Source: Halanaerobiales bacterium (GTDB taxonomy: Bacteria; Bacillota; Halanaerobiia; Halanaerobiales; M55B127). Taken from it: a DNA stretch of 60,900 bases. Positions 36,593 through 47,022 of this stretch are shown here, one piece after another. The notes below the pieces were generated by a model. It ran no database searches. It was not told the DNA's origin and saw nothing but the letters and a program-made list of their open reading frames with translations. Both the position numbers and the translations under genes were made by a program. Location of the stretch: contig DATGCJ010000060.1 in assembly GCA_035312025.1 (NCBI GenBank), forward strand, positions 1 through 60,900, read 5' to 3'. Position 1 is the first letter of the stretch; the number at the start of each line of letters is the position of its first letter.

Positions 36593-37078
36593 TTACTCTA
36601 TTTCATATTTTTCTAGTAGTGCTTTTTCTACCGGTTTAGGAACAACATTGTCCATTTTCCCGCCAAATTGGGCTACTTCTTTGACAATACTGGAACTTAA
36701 AAAAGCATATTTAGAATCTGTCATTAAAAATATAGTTTCGATTTCAGGGTCCAATTCTTTATTCATGGAGGCCATCTGGAACTCCCCTTCAAAGTCAGAT
36801 ACAGCCCTTAAACCCCTTATGATTGCACAGGCATTTTTTGATTTTACATATTTTGTGGTAAGTCCAGTAAAGGAATCGATTTTAACACTGTTAATATCTT
36901 GTGTGGTTTCATTTAAAAGTCTAACTCTTTCTTCCATAGAAAAAATGGGTTCTTTATTGGGGTTTTGGAATACCGCCACAATGACTTCATCAAAAATATT
37001 GGATGCTCTTTTTATTATATTTAAATGCCCTTTTGTAACCGGATCGAAACTACCAGGATATACAACTCTATCTAACAT
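36593..37078 (-). CDS. coaD: phosphopantetheine adenylyltransferase
   Basis: Has the YPGSFDPVTKGHLNIIKRA motif. Length is 161 aa. Confidence 0.95.
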   Translation of the reverse strand: MLDRVVYPGSFDPVTKGHLNIIKRASNIFDEVIVAVFQNPNKEPIFSMEERVRLLNETTQDINSVKIDSFTGLTTKYVKSKNACAIIRGLRAVSDFEGEFQMASMNKELDPEIETIFLMTDSKYAFLSSSIVKEVAQFGGKMDNVVPKPVEKALLEKYEIE

Positions 37079-37081
37079 TTT

Positions 37082-37627
37082 CTATTCCCCCTCATAAAAA
37101 TATACTTTAATTACTGTTTCATTGTAATTTCTATCCTTTAAAATTTTAAATTCTTCAAAATCCTCAATCTCTTCATCCCTATGATGCTCGACTATAATCA
37201 AGGCTCCTGCCCTTAACAATTCATTATTAATTAGGGAACGGAGTGTCTTATTAACCATATTATTTTTATAGGGTGGATCCAAAAATACTATATCATGCTT
37301 TTTATTAACGGTTTGAGTATAGGTGAAAACATTTTCTGTCATTACCTCACAGCTCTCTTCAAACCCGCATTTTTTAATATTTTCTCTAATAATATCTGCA
37401 TATCTTCGGTTCTTTTCGATAAAAGTAACATGCTTTGTGCCGCGACTGGCCGCTTCTAATCCCAAGCTGCCAAATCCAGCAAATAAATCCAAACCTGCCT
37501 CGAAGGGGAAATATGGTAAGATCATACTAAATACAGCTTCTTTAACCCTATCTAAGGTGGGTCTAACTTCTTTAGTATCTATGCTTTTTAATCTAATTCC
37601 ACCTGCTTTACCCGCTATTACTCTCAT
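37082..37627 (-). CDS. rsmD: 16S rRNA (guanine966-N2)-methyltransferase
   Basis: Has MRVIAGKAGG..L, LDLFAGFGSLGLEA and FLDPPY motifs. Length is 181 aa. Confidence 0.9.
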   Translation of the reverse strand: MRVIAGKAGGIRLKSIDTKEVRPTLDRVKEAVFSMILPYFPFEAGLDLFAGFGSLGLEAASRGTKHVTFIEKNRRYADIIRENIKKCGFEESCEVMTENVFTYTQTVNKKHDIVFLDPPYKNNMVNKTLRSLINNELLRAGALIIVEHHRDEEIEDFEEFKILKDRNYNETVIKVYFYEGE

Positions 37628-37641
37628 TTGAGAATCCCTAC

Positions 37642-39696
37642 CTAAATAATTATTTCTAGTTCCTTTAACTTTTCAGCTAACTTATCATATTTTAAAGCCC
37701 AATCTTTTTGATTGGTTAATTCATTTGCTTCCCGGTTTGCTTTGGCCAAAATCTTGGTATCTTTCAAGATATCAGCTACCTGTAAATCAGTAACCCCATG
37801 TTGTTTTGTGCCAAAAAATTCACCTGGTCCTCTTATTTCAAGATCCGCTTCTGATATTTTAAATCCATCATTGGTCTCTGACATAACTTCTAACCTTTTT
37901 TTGGCTTCCTCTGTCTTGGGATTGGCAATCATAATACAGTAGGCCTGACTTGCACTCCTGCCTACCCTTCCCCGCAGTTGGTGGAGCTGTGCCAATCCGA
38001 ATCTTTCTGCATTTTCAATAACCATAACATTGGCAGTTTTAACATCAACACCAACTTCAATTACAGTAGTGGAAATTAAGACATCAATTTTTTGATTTAC
38101 AAAATCACTCATTATTTTATTTTTCTCATCATTACTGAGCTGACCATGCATGGCTTTAATTATATAATTAGATAAATAAGTTTCTTCTAACATTTTTTTA
38201 ACTTCTTCAACTGAATATGCATCTAAATCTTCTGAAGGTTCAATTAAAGGACAGACCACATAGACTTGTTCTCCCTCATCTATTTTATCTTTCACAAAAT
38301 TATATATCTTACCACGGCTTTTTTCGGTCCGCCAGGTGGTGATGACCGGTTTCCGGCCGGGCGGCATTTCATCGATGATAGAAAGGTCCAAGTCCCCATA
38401 AAGGGTTAAGGCTAAAGACCTCGGTATAGGAGTGGCGGTCATAACTAACAAGTCGGGATTGTCTCCTTTTTGTTTTAACTGATACCTTTGTTCAACTCCG
38501 AACCTATGCTGTTCATCAATTACAATTAATCCTATATTTGAATAATCAATATCTTTTTGAAAGAGGGCATGGGTCCCAATTATTAAATCTGACTCACTAT
38601 TTTTTATCTTATCTGTGATTTCTTCTCTTTTTTCACCTTTTATACTACCAATTAATAGCTCTATATTATAGTCAAAATTTTTTAGTATCTTTTTAATTTT
38701 TATGTAATGCTGTTCGGCTAAAATTTCCGTGGGGGCCATTAAGATCCCCTGATAACCGCTTTCTATGGTCTTTATTAGTGACATGACGGCAACTATTGTT
38801 TTCCCGGAACCTACATCTCCCTGCAGTAATCTCTGCATGGGATGCTTGTTTTCCATATCTGCTTTTATCTGCTGCCAGACATTTTTCTGGGCATCAGTTA
38901 AATCAAAATGCAGCTGATTTAAAAAGTCGTCAATCAGCCCGGCTGTCTGAGAATGCTTTATCCCCTTTTGTTTTCGATAGTCTTTCTTTCTTTTAAGCAT
39001 CGCTATTTGAAATAAAAAGAGCTCCTGAAAGGCTAATCTATTTCTGGCCTGGACAAAGGTCTTTCTATCCTGGGGAAAGTGCATGTTGAAAATTGCATTT
39101 CTAATTTCAATATAATTATGCTTATCAATAATATAATCAGGCAAGAAATCATCAATATTTTTTAAATATTTCTGCAAAGCCTGATATATTATATACCTTA
39201 TTCTTTTTTGAGTTATTCCTTCTGTTAGAGGATAAATAGGTACTACCCTGCCGGTATGAATGGTAGGAGAATCTTCTTCGATCTCTTCATAAACTGGATT
39301 TACTATTTCTTTTTTATTATATTGATGGTAACTGTTTTCATTTAATTCTCCATAAAGATTAAACTTCTTTCCCTTTTCAAATACATCTTTTAAGTAGGCT
39401 TGATTAAACCAGGTACAGATGACTGTATCTGTCCCATCGGAAAAGGTTACCTTGAAAATGGATTTATACCTGCCGCGTCTTATTAATTCCTTATTTAATA
39501 CTTCGGCCTGGATACTAACCGCCTGACCGGGTCTAATAAATCTAATTTCCTTAAAATCTCCCCTATCTTCATAATCACGGGGGAAGTAGTAAAATAGATC
39601 TTTTAAAGAGTATATCCCCAGATTGTTTAATCTCTTTTCAAACTTGGGACCTACCCCTTTTAAATACCTAATTTCCTCTGCACTTGTTTTACTCAT
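37642..39696 (-). CDS. recG: ATP-dependent DNA helicase RecG
   Basis: 684 aa, with a wedge domain and SF2 helicase motifs (GDVGSGKT, DEQHRFG, TATPIPR, QLHQLRGRVGR). Confidence 0.95.
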   Translation of the reverse strand: MSKTSAEEIRYLKGVGPKFEKRLNNLGIYSLKDLFYYFPRDYEDRGDFKEIRFIRPGQAVSIQAEVLNKELIRRGRYKSIFKVTFSDGTDTVICTWFNQAYLKDVFEKGKKFNLYGELNENSYHQYNKKEIVNPVYEEIEEDSPTIHTGRVVPIYPLTEGITQKRIRYIIYQALQKYLKNIDDFLPDYIIDKHNYIEIRNAIFNMHFPQDRKTFVQARNRLAFQELFLFQIAMLKRKKDYRKQKGIKHSQTAGLIDDFLNQLHFDLTDAQKNVWQQIKADMENKHPMQRLLQGDVGSGKTIVAVMSLIKTIESGYQGILMAPTEILAEQHYIKIKKILKNFDYNIELLIGSIKGEKREEITDKIKNSESDLIIGTHALFQKDIDYSNIGLIVIDEQHRFGVEQRYQLKQKGDNPDLLVMTATPIPRSLALTLYGDLDLSIIDEMPPGRKPVITTWRTEKSRGKIYNFVKDKIDEGEQVYVVCPLIEPSEDLDAYSVEEVKKMLEETYLSNYIIKAMHGQLSNDEKNKIMSDFVNQKIDVLISTTVIEVGVDVKTANVMVIENAERFGLAQLHQLRGRVGRSASQAYCIMIANPKTEEAKKRLEVMSETNDGFKISEADLEIRGPGEFFGTKQHGVTDLQVADILKDTKILAKANREANELTNQKDWALKYDKLAEKLKELEIII

Positions 39697-40576
39697 CTAA
39701 GTATTTACCACCCTTGAAAAGAATTATACCATAAACTGTCGGACCAGTGTGACTACCGATTACGGGTCCTACATTATTTTCATAATAAATATGTCTAATA
39801 TTTGCTTCCTCTATCTTAGAATTAAATTTTTCTCTAAAATTTGCTGCATACTCTTCTTCCCCATAAAGAAAACCAAACCAATACTGTCCAGGGGATTCCA
39901 GATTTTTATTTAAGTAATCATCTAAAAATTCCAATAATCTTTGATGAGTGTTTTTTCTACCCCTAACTTTATCAATTGGTTCAACACTGGTTGAATTAAA
40001 ATCTAACTTCAAAACCGGTTTTAAGTTGATTAAATTGCCTATAAAAGATTCTGCTTTATTAATTCTACCCCCTTTTTGTAAGTAGGAGAGGTCATCAACT
40101 GTTAAATATATTTCCAAATCTTCTCTCGCCTTTTTTATAATGTCTACTATATTTTCTAATTCCAATCCTTTATCAACTAATTTAGCAGCCAATATTACAA
40201 GAAAGCCCAAGCCCATTGAGGCTGATTTAGAATCAATTAATGTTATATTATAGTCGGGGTTTTTTTGTATCGCTAATTGGGCTGACTGCTTTGTACCACT
40301 CAAATGACTGGAGAGATGAATTGATAATATATGATCATACTGTCTGTTCATCTCCCTGTATTTTTGTTCAAATTCACCGGCTGAGGGCTGTGATGTAGAG
40401 GGCATTACATCAGCCTGTTTTATCCTTTTAAAGAACTGTTGAGAGGTAATTTCTGTCTTATCTTTATACTGCTCCTCCCCAATTCTAACTGTCAATGGTA
40501 CAAATTCTATATTATATTCTTCTAAAATATTCTCCGGCAGATCACAAGTACTATCAGTTAAGATACCTATCTTCAT
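39689..40576 (-). CDS. DegV family fatty-acid-binding protein (FakB-like)
   Basis: Has the MKIGILTDSTCDLP N-terminus and is collinear with the DegV family. The ATG at 40576 follows SD GAGGGG. The GTG at 40591 in the ORF track overlaps that SD. Confidence 0.9.
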   Translation of the reverse strand: MKIGILTDSTCDLPENILEEYNIEFVPLTVRIGEEQYKDKTEITSQQFFKRIKQADVMPSTSQPSAGEFEQKYREMNRQYDHILSIHLSSHLSGTKQSAQLAIQKNPDYNITLIDSKSASMGLGFLVILAAKLVDKGLELENIVDIIKKAREDLEIYLTVDDLSYLQKGGRINKAESFIGNLINLKPVLKLDFNSTSVEPIDKVRGRKNTHQRLLEFLDDYLNKNLESPGQYWFGFLYGEEEYAANFREKFNSKIEEANIRHIYYENNVGPVIGSHTGPTVYGIILFKGGKYLDE

Positions 40577-40598
40577 AAATAATCCCCTCACTTATAGT

Positions 40599-42290
40599 TT
40601 ATTCCATAGATATAATATATGGGTATAGAGGTTGGCCGCCTTTGTAAATTTCAACTTCAGCCTCTTTAGATTTGGCTTGGAACTTCTTTTTAATCTCTTC
40701 TGCATCCTGTTGGCTGGCTCCATCACCATAATATATAGTAATTAAGTCTTCATCTTCCCATACTTCATCTATTAGATCGCTTATTACCTCTATTTCACTA
40801 TTACCAACCGCTCTAATATCTCCGTTTACAATACCTATTACATCATCTTCATTTATTTCAAAACCATTTACTTTGGAGTCTTTAACTGCATTAGTTATTT
40901 CGATTGTTTTAACATAACTAATTTCTTCTTCCATGGAACTTCTTAACTCATCCAATTCTTTATTATCATTAAAGACTAATAAGGCAGCAATTGCTTCTGG
41001 AATTGCTTTTGTTTCTACAACTTTAATTTCTTTATCTGATAAAGAAGAAGCCTGTTGGGCAGCTGATATTATATTCTTGTTATTAGGGAAGATAATTACC
41101 TTTTCCTGTTCCATCTGTTCAACTGCTTCTACAAAATCATTGATACTGGGATTCATAGATTGTCCACCGTCAATAATTAAGTCAACTCCCAATTCCATAA
41201 GGATATTTTTAATTCCTTTTCCCTTTGCTACCGCTATAATACCCACTTTACGGTCCAGCTGTTCGCTTTTTGCACTTTTAATCAGTTTCTCTTCATAATC
41301 TTCAGTACTCTCGTCTTTAAGTTGTTCAAAATCTTCTTTTTGTTCTTCTTCATGTTTTTTTCGCATTTCAGCATTTTGCATTCTCATATTATCAATCTTA
41401 ATATCTCTCAGACTACCTGTTTTTAGCGCATATTCTAAAATTATCCCGGGATGATTGGTATGAATATGAACCTTAATTATATCATCATCTCCTACTACCA
41501 TTAAGGAGTCTCCAAACTGTTCAATATCATTTTTAATCTCATCGATATTTACATTCTGTTCTTTGACATTTATTAGGGTCTGAGTACAGTAACCGTACTT
41601 TAATTCTTCAGCAACTTCTTCTTTAATTTCTCTTTTTTCTTTAACTTCTTCTCTAACCTCTACTTTACCGGTCAATCCGGCTTTCATACCTTCTAAAATG
41701 GTTAAATAACCCTGCCCGCCTGCATCTACTACCCCTGCTTCTTTTAGTTGTGGTAGTTGGTCAGGTGTTTTATTTAAAGCCTTATGAGCAGTCTCAATTA
41801 CTTTTTCTAAGAATACTTCAATATTTTTTTCGTCTTCTAATTTTTCTGCTCTGCGGGCCGCTTTTCGGGCAACTGTTAATATTGTACCTTCAACGGGTTT
41901 CAAAACACCCTGATAGGCAATCTTAGAAGCCTTAGATAAAGAATTTATAAGATCGTCATTTCTCATTACCCTATTGTTTTTATTTGCTTCTGAAAATCCC
42001 CTTAGCAGCTGAGATAAAATCACGCCGGAGTTACCTCTGGCCCCCATTAGCGCTCCTTTGGAAAGGGCCTGTGTTAACCTATCAATTCTTTCCGATTTAG
42101 CTTTATCAAGGTTTTCAACGGCTTCCTTGAAAGTTAATAACATATTTGTTCCCGTATCTCCATCTGGTACGGGAAAAACATTTAAAGAATCAATATAGGA
42201 CTGTTGATCTTCAAGTCTATTTAGTGCTCCATAGCACATATTTTTAAATGCTTCACCGTTTATTACTTTAATTTCCTCATTCTGTGCCAT
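40599..42290 (-). CDS. DAK2 domain fusion protein YloV (fatty acid kinase FakA-like)
   Basis: Has an N-terminal Dak2 domain (NVFPVPDGDTGTNM) and the YloV-type C-terminal domain. Length is 563 aa, and the gene sits between asp23 and degV as in other Firmicutes. Confidence 0.85.
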   Translation of the reverse strand: MAQNEEIKVINGEAFKNMCYGALNRLEDQQSYIDSLNVFPVPDGDTGTNMLLTFKEAVENLDKAKSERIDRLTQALSKGALMGARGNSGVILSQLLRGFSEANKNNRVMRNDDLINSLSKASKIAYQGVLKPVEGTILTVARKAARRAEKLEDEKNIEVFLEKVIETAHKALNKTPDQLPQLKEAGVVDAGGQGYLTILEGMKAGLTGKVEVREEVKEKREIKEEVAEELKYGYCTQTLINVKEQNVNIDEIKNDIEQFGDSLMVVGDDDIIKVHIHTNHPGIILEYALKTGSLRDIKIDNMRMQNAEMRKKHEEEQKEDFEQLKDESTEDYEEKLIKSAKSEQLDRKVGIIAVAKGKGIKNILMELGVDLIIDGGQSMNPSINDFVEAVEQMEQEKVIIFPNNKNIISAAQQASSLSDKEIKVVETKAIPEAIAALLVFNDNKELDELRSSMEEEISYVKTIEITNAVKDSKVNGFEINEDDVIGIVNGDIRAVGNSEIEVISDLIDEVWEDEDLITIYYGDGASQQDAEEIKKKFQAKSKEAEVEIYKGGQPLYPYIISME

Positions 42291-42651
42291 TACCTATTCT
42301 CACTCCTTGGACGTTTATCTCGATACTCTCTACTTCTATTCCTACTCTGTTTTTGAGCGTATATTTAACTCTTTCAATAATATTATTTGCGACTTCATGG
42401 ATGTTGGTTCCATATTCTACTACGATATTCAAAATGATATTAACTGCATCTTCTTCAATTTCTACAGAAACACCTTTACTTAAATTATCCCAGCCAAGGA
42501 GATCTGCTATTCCATCCTGCATGTTTTTAGAAGACATCCCCACTAGACCATAGCATTCCATTGCAGACAATCCTGCTATAGTCTCTATGACTTCTTCAGC
42601 TATTAATATCTTACCATATTCGGTATTAATCTCTTTTACCATGATTCTCAC
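42277..42651 (-). CDS. Asp23/Gls24 family envelope stress protein (YloU-like)
   Basis: 124 aa with the typical Asp23 pattern (GKILIAEEVIETIAG...VNIILNIVVEYGTNIHEVANNIIERVKYTL). It is divergent from rpmB. Confidence 0.85.
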   Translation of the reverse strand: MRIMVKEINTEYGKILIAEEVIETIAGLSAMECYGLVGMSSKNMQDGIADLLGWDNLSKGVSVEIEEDAVNIILNIVVEYGTNIHEVANNIIERVKYTLKNRVGIEVESIEINVQGVRIGNGTE

Positions 42652-42726
42652 CTCTCTTTATATACATTGTAATTTTACTATATATTAATAAATCTTGCAA
42701 CATTCTTAAAATATAACAATAAATAC

Positions 42727-42756
42727 TTGTCACAACCATAAGTTTTGTGTTAAAAT
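42727..42756 (+). promoter_or_regulatory. candidate sigma-A promoter for rpmB
   Basis: TTGTCA (42727-42732), an 18-nt spacer ending in TGT (extended -10-like) and TAAAAT (42751-42756), about 45 nt upstream of the rpmB ATG. Confidence 0.4.
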
Positions 42757-42801
42757 AATATTTGACTGAAAAAGTTATATAAGATACAGGAGGTGTAACA
42801 A

Positions 42802-43032
42802 ATGGCTAAATATTGCGAGATATGTGGTAAAGGTAGCAATAATGCAAATAGAGTAAGAAGAAGAGGTAAAGCTAAGAAAAAAGGTGGTGTCGGTCGTAAC
42901 GTAACAAGTGTAACCAGCCGCACCCAAAAACCTAACCTTCAAAAAGTTAAAGCCATCGTAGATGGTAAGAAAAAAAGAATAACAGTCTGTACTAGTTGTT
43001 TGAAAGCAGGTAAAGTTAAACGTGCATATTAA
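42802..43032 (+). CDS. rpmB: 50S ribosomal protein L28 (atypical, with basic insertion)
   Basis: The MAKYCEICGKG N-terminus and PNLQKV...VCTSCLKAGKVKR C-terminus match L28. SD AGGAGGTG is upstream. At 76 aa it is longer than the usual roughly 62 aa. Confidence 0.85.
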   Translation: MAKYCEICGKGSNNANRVRRRGKAKKKGGVGRNVTSVTSRTQKPNLQKVKAIVDGKKKRITVCTSCLKAGKVKRAY

Positions 43033-43047
43033 TAGATATTTAATGAT

Positions 43048-43090
43048 GGGGTTTATTCATGAGTAATGGATAAACTCCTTTTTATTTTTT
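43048..43090 (+). terminator. rho-independent terminator of rpmB
   Basis: A stem GGGGTTTATTCAT/ATGGATAAACTCC (43048-43078, with G-U pairs) and loop GAGTA is followed by TTTTTATTTTTT. The T-run overlaps the stop of the convergent malic enzyme gene. Confidence 0.65.
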
Positions 43091-44302
43091 GCTTAAGTTA
43101 TTTTTAACCTTTTCTGTAATTATCTCTAAGGTTAAATCCTGATGGGCTACACCAGTTTTAACCGCTTCTTCAGCAACTGCCAAAGCAGTTACATAAGCTA
43201 CCTCTTTATTAAATACCTCTGGTATAATATTTTCCTTATTTAAATTATCCTTTACAATTTCAGCAATCTTTTCTGCTGCTTTTAACTTCATCTTTTCATT
43301 AATCTCACTAGCCCTTGCATCTAAAACACCCCTGAATACACCGGGAAAAGCCAAAACATTATTGATCTGATTCGGATAATCGGAACGACCTGTAGCTACA
43401 ATAAAAGCTCCCGCCTGATAGGCTTCTTTGGGGTTGATTTCAGGCTCCGGATTAGCCAGGGCAAATATTATCGGCTTCTCATTCATTGTTTTCACCATAT
43501 AGGATTTTAATATACCGGCTGTGGAAACTCCAATAAATACGTCCGAGCCTTTTATAGCCTCTTCTAATCTACCTTCTTTTTTACTTTCAGTCATCTCGGC
43601 TAGTTTTTCATTGTATTCATTATTACTTTTTCTACCCTTATATACTACCCCTTTGGAGTCCAGTACTTTAATATTTTTAGCACCAGCAGTTTTAAGTAAT
43701 TTAGTTACTGCAAAACCGGCCGCTCCTGCCCCTGTAATTATGATCTTGATCTCTTCTATTTTTTTATCTGCTAATTTGAGGGCATTAAATAAACCAGCTA
43801 AAACTACAATTGCAGTTCCATGCTGGTCATCATGAAAAATCGGAATATCAGTTTTTGCTTTAAGTTTCTCTTCTATTTCAAAACAATAGGGGGCTTTAAT
43901 ATCTTCTAAATTAATACCGCCAAAAGAATGACTGAGATTAACTATATTTTGGACAAATTCATCCACATTTCTACGTGTTATACATAAAGGATAGGCATCT
44001 ACATCAGCAAATTCTTTAAAAAGAACGGCTTTTCCTTCCATAACAGGTAGGGCTGCTTTCGGACCAATATCTCCTAACCCCAATACGGCACTACCATCAG
44101 AAACAATCGCCACACTATTATTTTTAATAGTATAATCATAAATACTTTCTTCATCTTTATAAATTTGTTGACAGGCTTCAGCTACACCGGGCGTATATAA
44201 TAAGCTTAAATCCCTTTTGTTTTTGATCTTTTGCTTGCTTTTAATACTTAATTTCCCTTTTAATTTTTTGTGTAGTTTTAAGGCTTCTTCTTTTGTATCC
44301 AT
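43082..44302 (-). CDS. NAD(P)-dependent malic enzyme (short form)
   Basis: Has [35 protein letters not shown] and the GAGAAG Rossmann motif. Length is 406 aa. Confidence 0.9.
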   Translation of the reverse strand: MDTKEEALKLHKKLKGKLSIKSKQKIKNKRDLSLLYTPGVAEACQQIYKDEESIYDYTIKNNSVAIVSDGSAVLGLGDIGPKAALPVMEGKAVLFKEFADVDAYPLCITRRNVDEFVQNIVNLSHSFGGINLEDIKAPYCFEIEEKLKAKTDIPIFHDDQHGTAIVVLAGLFNALKLADKKIEEIKIIITGAGAAGFAVTKLLKTAGAKNIKVLDSKGVVYKGRKSNNEYNEKLAEMTESKKEGRLEEAIKGSDVFIGVSTAGILKSYMVKTMNEKPIIFALANPEPEINPKEAYQAGAFIVATGRSDYPNQINNVLAFPGVFRGVLDARASEINEKMKLKAAEKIAEIVKDNLNKENIIPEVFNKEVAYVTALAVAEEAVKTGVAHQDLTLEIITEKVKNNLSKK

Positions 44303-44306
44303 ATGA

Positions 44307-44858
44307 TTACCCCAGTTCTTCTTTATATTTGTTTTGCCCTATTTCATATAAATCTTGTCCGTAAATATCATTGATTACTACCACGGGAAAATTCTTTACT
44401 TTAAGAAGACGGATAGCTTCAGTTTGTAACTCGGGATAGGCAACAATTTTAGATTCCATTATACTTTTCGATAGGAGGGCAGCTGCCCCACCTACCGCTG
44501 CAAAATAGACTGCTTTATTCTTTTTAATGGCTTTTTTTACTACCTCAGACCGGGGACCTTTTCCTATCATACCACTTAACCCCTGTTCTAATAGAGCGGG
44601 CGTATATTCATCCATTCTATAACTGGTGGTAGGACCACAGGAACCTATAACCTGTCCTTCTCGGGACGGAGCTGGTCCCGTATAATATATTACTGCATCC
44701 TTAAGATCAATGGGAAGCTTTTTATTTTTTTTTATTAAATCATTAAGCTTCTTATGAGCCTGGTCCCTTGCGGTATAAATATAACCACTCAGTTCTACCT
44801 TATCACCAGCCCTTAATTTTTTAACCTTTTTTTCTGTTAAAGGAGTTTCTAGTTTCAT
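44307..44858 (-). CDS. class I (Fe-S) fumarate hydratase, beta subunit (C-terminal domain)
   Basis: Has GYIYTARDQAHKKL, GPTTS.RMD and GKG motifs typical of the FumA/TtdB C-terminal domain. The ATG at 44858 follows SD AGGGGGGA and is preferred over the upstream ATG at 44900 that starts the tracked ORF. Confidence 0.85.
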   Translation of the reverse strand: MKLETPLTEKKVKKLRAGDKVELSGYIYTARDQAHKKLNDLIKKNKKLPIDLKDAVIYYTGPAPSREGQVIGSCGPTTSYRMDEYTPALLEQGLSGMIGKGPRSEVVKKAIKKNKAVYFAAVGGAAALLSKSIMESKIVAYPELQTEAIRLLKVKNFPVVVINDIYGQDLYEIGQNKYKEELG

Positions 44859-44868
44859 CTTTTCCCCC

Positions 44869-45699
44869 CTAAATTTCGATTGAAAAATGCCGGGAAGCAT
44901 GGCAGTTGATATTTACTGCAACAGGCAAAGAAGCGATGTGACAGGGATAGGTTAAAATTTTAACATCTAAGGCCGTTACTTTTCCGCCTAATCCAGCCGG
45001 TCCAATCCCCGTTTTATTAACTTCCCTTAATATCTCTTCTTCAAATTGATTAATCTTCTCATCTTTACTTTCTTTTTTTAACAAAGCTTTCTTGGATAGA
45101 TAGGCAGCTTTTTCAAAAGTTCCCCCAATACCAACCCCTAGAATATAGGGAGGACAGGCATTAGCGCCCGCATTTTTCACGACATCAATTATAAATTTTT
45201 GAATATCTTTTTTATCAGCAGTTGGATTAAACATCCTTATTTTACTCATGTTTTCACTGCCCGCACCTTTGATTAATACATTTAACTTCAGTTTATCTCC
45301 CGGTACATCCTCAATATAAATCACGGCTGGTGTATTATCATCAGTATTTTCTCGTCGAAAGGGAGTTTCAACTACGGATTTTCTAAGATATCCTTCATTA
45401 TATCCTATTTTCACCCCATAATTTATGGCTTCTTCTAAACTTCCTTCTATATATACTTCATTACCTATTTCAACAAAGACAACTACAATACCGGTATCCT
45501 GACAGATCGGTATCTTTTCTTTTTCAGCAATTTTAGCATTTTCTATGAGTTCTTTCAAAACATTTTTACCCAAACGTGATTCTTCTTTTTTGACCGCCTG
45601 TTCTAATCTATTATACATATCCTTATTAAGTGAGAAATTAGCAGTCTGGACTGCATCTGTTATCTCTTTTGTTATAATTTCACTATCAACTCTTCTCAT
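44869..45699 (-). CDS. class I (Fe-S) fumarate hydratase, alpha subunit (N-terminal domain)
   Basis: Has PICQDTGIVVVF, GSENMS and a CHAS region that provide the cluster Cys ligands. The ATG at 45699 follows SD AAGGGAGA. Confidence 0.85.
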   Translation of the reverse strand: MRRVDSEIITKEITDAVQTANFSLNKDMYNRLEQAVKKEESRLGKNVLKELIENAKIAEKEKIPICQDTGIVVVFVEIGNEVYIEGSLEEAINYGVKIGYNEGYLRKSVVETPFRRENTDDNTPAVIYIEDVPGDKLKLNVLIKGAGSENMSKIRMFNPTADKKDIQKFIIDVVKNAGANACPPYILGVGIGGTFEKAAYLSKKALLKKESKDEKINQFEEEILREVNKTGIGPAGLGGKVTALDVKILTYPCHIASLPVAVNINCHASRHFSIEI

Positions 45700-45712
45700 A
45701 AAATATTCTCCC

Positions 45713-46366
45713 TTAACATTTTTCACAGACGAAGTATAATAATTTACCTAAATCTACTTCAATTACTGCTTTGTTTGCATTTATTATATTACTTAATCCC
45801 CGACTGCTGGCTCTTTCTAACCAGTAATTATCTAATTCATACTTACAACCTTTTAATTTTTTAATTAAAACTTGATCAGTAATAGAAAAAAGTGAAAGGG
45901 TATTTCCCTTTTTGTTATCAATTATCCTTTTATTATCGATTAAACCAACCTCTAAACCCGGTTCAATTATTTTAGCATCAATATCACTATTTAATGCATA
46001 TTCTAAAAGTAATAAATTGCCAAACTGCTGGTCAATTCTCCCCCCGGTGGCACCTATAAAACTGATTTTGTTTAAACCGTTTTTTACACAGTAATCAATA
46101 GATAATTCCCCATCAGTTTTATCTTTATCACTGGGAAATTCATATATTTCACCGTTGAAATCTTTTAACATTGCAGAATCCCTATCAATAGAATCAAAAT
46201 CTCCAATCAAGGTATCAGGTTCTGTATCTACAAACTTCTTTAAAAATTTATAGCCGCCATCAACGGCAATAATATTCTCAAAGGAATTTACAATCTCTTG
46301 ATATTTTTCTTTTTGGTCTTTATATACACCATTTAATACAACCAATACTTCTTTCACAATGATCAC
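45713..46366 (-). CDS. thiN: thiamine diphosphokinase
   Basis: Has the pattern VLNG...AVDGG...GDFDS...DKD.TD...GATGGR.DQ. Length is 217 aa, in the conserved position after rpe. Confidence 0.8.
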   Translation of the reverse strand: MIIVKEVLVVLNGVYKDQKEKYQEIVNSFENIIAVDGGYKFLKKFVDTEPDTLIGDFDSIDRDSAMLKDFNGEIYEFPSDKDKTDGELSIDYCVKNGLNKISFIGATGGRIDQQFGNLLLLEYALNSDIDAKIIEPGLEVGLIDNKRIIDNKKGNTLSLFSITDQVLIKKLKGCKYELDNYWLERASSRGLSNIINANKAVIEVDLGKLLYFVCEKC

Positions 46367-47022
46367 TAACCTTTTAGAATTCTTCTAAATTTTTTTAAAT
46401 TCTGGGCTGGATTACCTTTAAAAATGGTAGAACCACTTACTATGATATCAACTCCGGCCTCCACAACCTCTTTTACATTATCAAAGTTAATACCACCATC
46501 AATTTCAATTAAAGTTTCTGTATTACTTTTATCAATCATTTTTCCTAACCTTTTTACTTTATCAAGCATCTGGGGAATAAATTTTTGTCCTCCAAAGCCG
46601 GGATTGACAGACATGATTAAAACCAAATCCACATCATCAATAATATTTTCTATAGTTGATAAAGGAGTAGCTGGGTTTAACGTAACTCCAGCCTGACAAC
46701 CTTCATTTTTTATCATTTGAATTGCTCTATGTACATGATCAGTCGCCTCTACATGTACAGTAATGATATCACTACCCGCTTCAGCAAAATCTTTAATATA
46801 CTTTTCGGGCTCTACAATCATAAGATGGGTATCAAAAATATTATCACTATATGGTCTGATTGCTTTAACTACTAAGGGTCCATAGGTAATATTGGGCACA
46901 AATCTACCATCCATAATATCTAAATGAAGGTACTTAGCGTCTTTCACACTTTCAACTTCTTTTTTTAATTTACTGAAATCCGAAGCTAGAATGGAAGGTG
47001 CAAAATTAACCATATAAATCAT
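46366..47022 (-). CDS. rpe: ribulose-phosphate 3-epimerase
   Basis: Has APSILASDF, HLDIMDG.FVPN, MSVNPGFGGQ.F and DGGI motifs. Length is 218 aa. Confidence 0.95.
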   Translation of the reverse strand: MIYMVNFAPSILASDFSKLKKEVESVKDAKYLHLDIMDGRFVPNITYGPLVVKAIRPYSDNIFDTHLMIVEPEKYIKDFAEAGSDIITVHVEATDHVHRAIQMIKNEGCQAGVTLNPATPLSTIENIIDDVDLVLIMSVNPGFGGQKFIPQMLDKVKRLGKMIDKSNTETLIEIDGGINFDNVKEVVEAGVDIIVSGSTIFKGNPAQNLKKFRRILKG

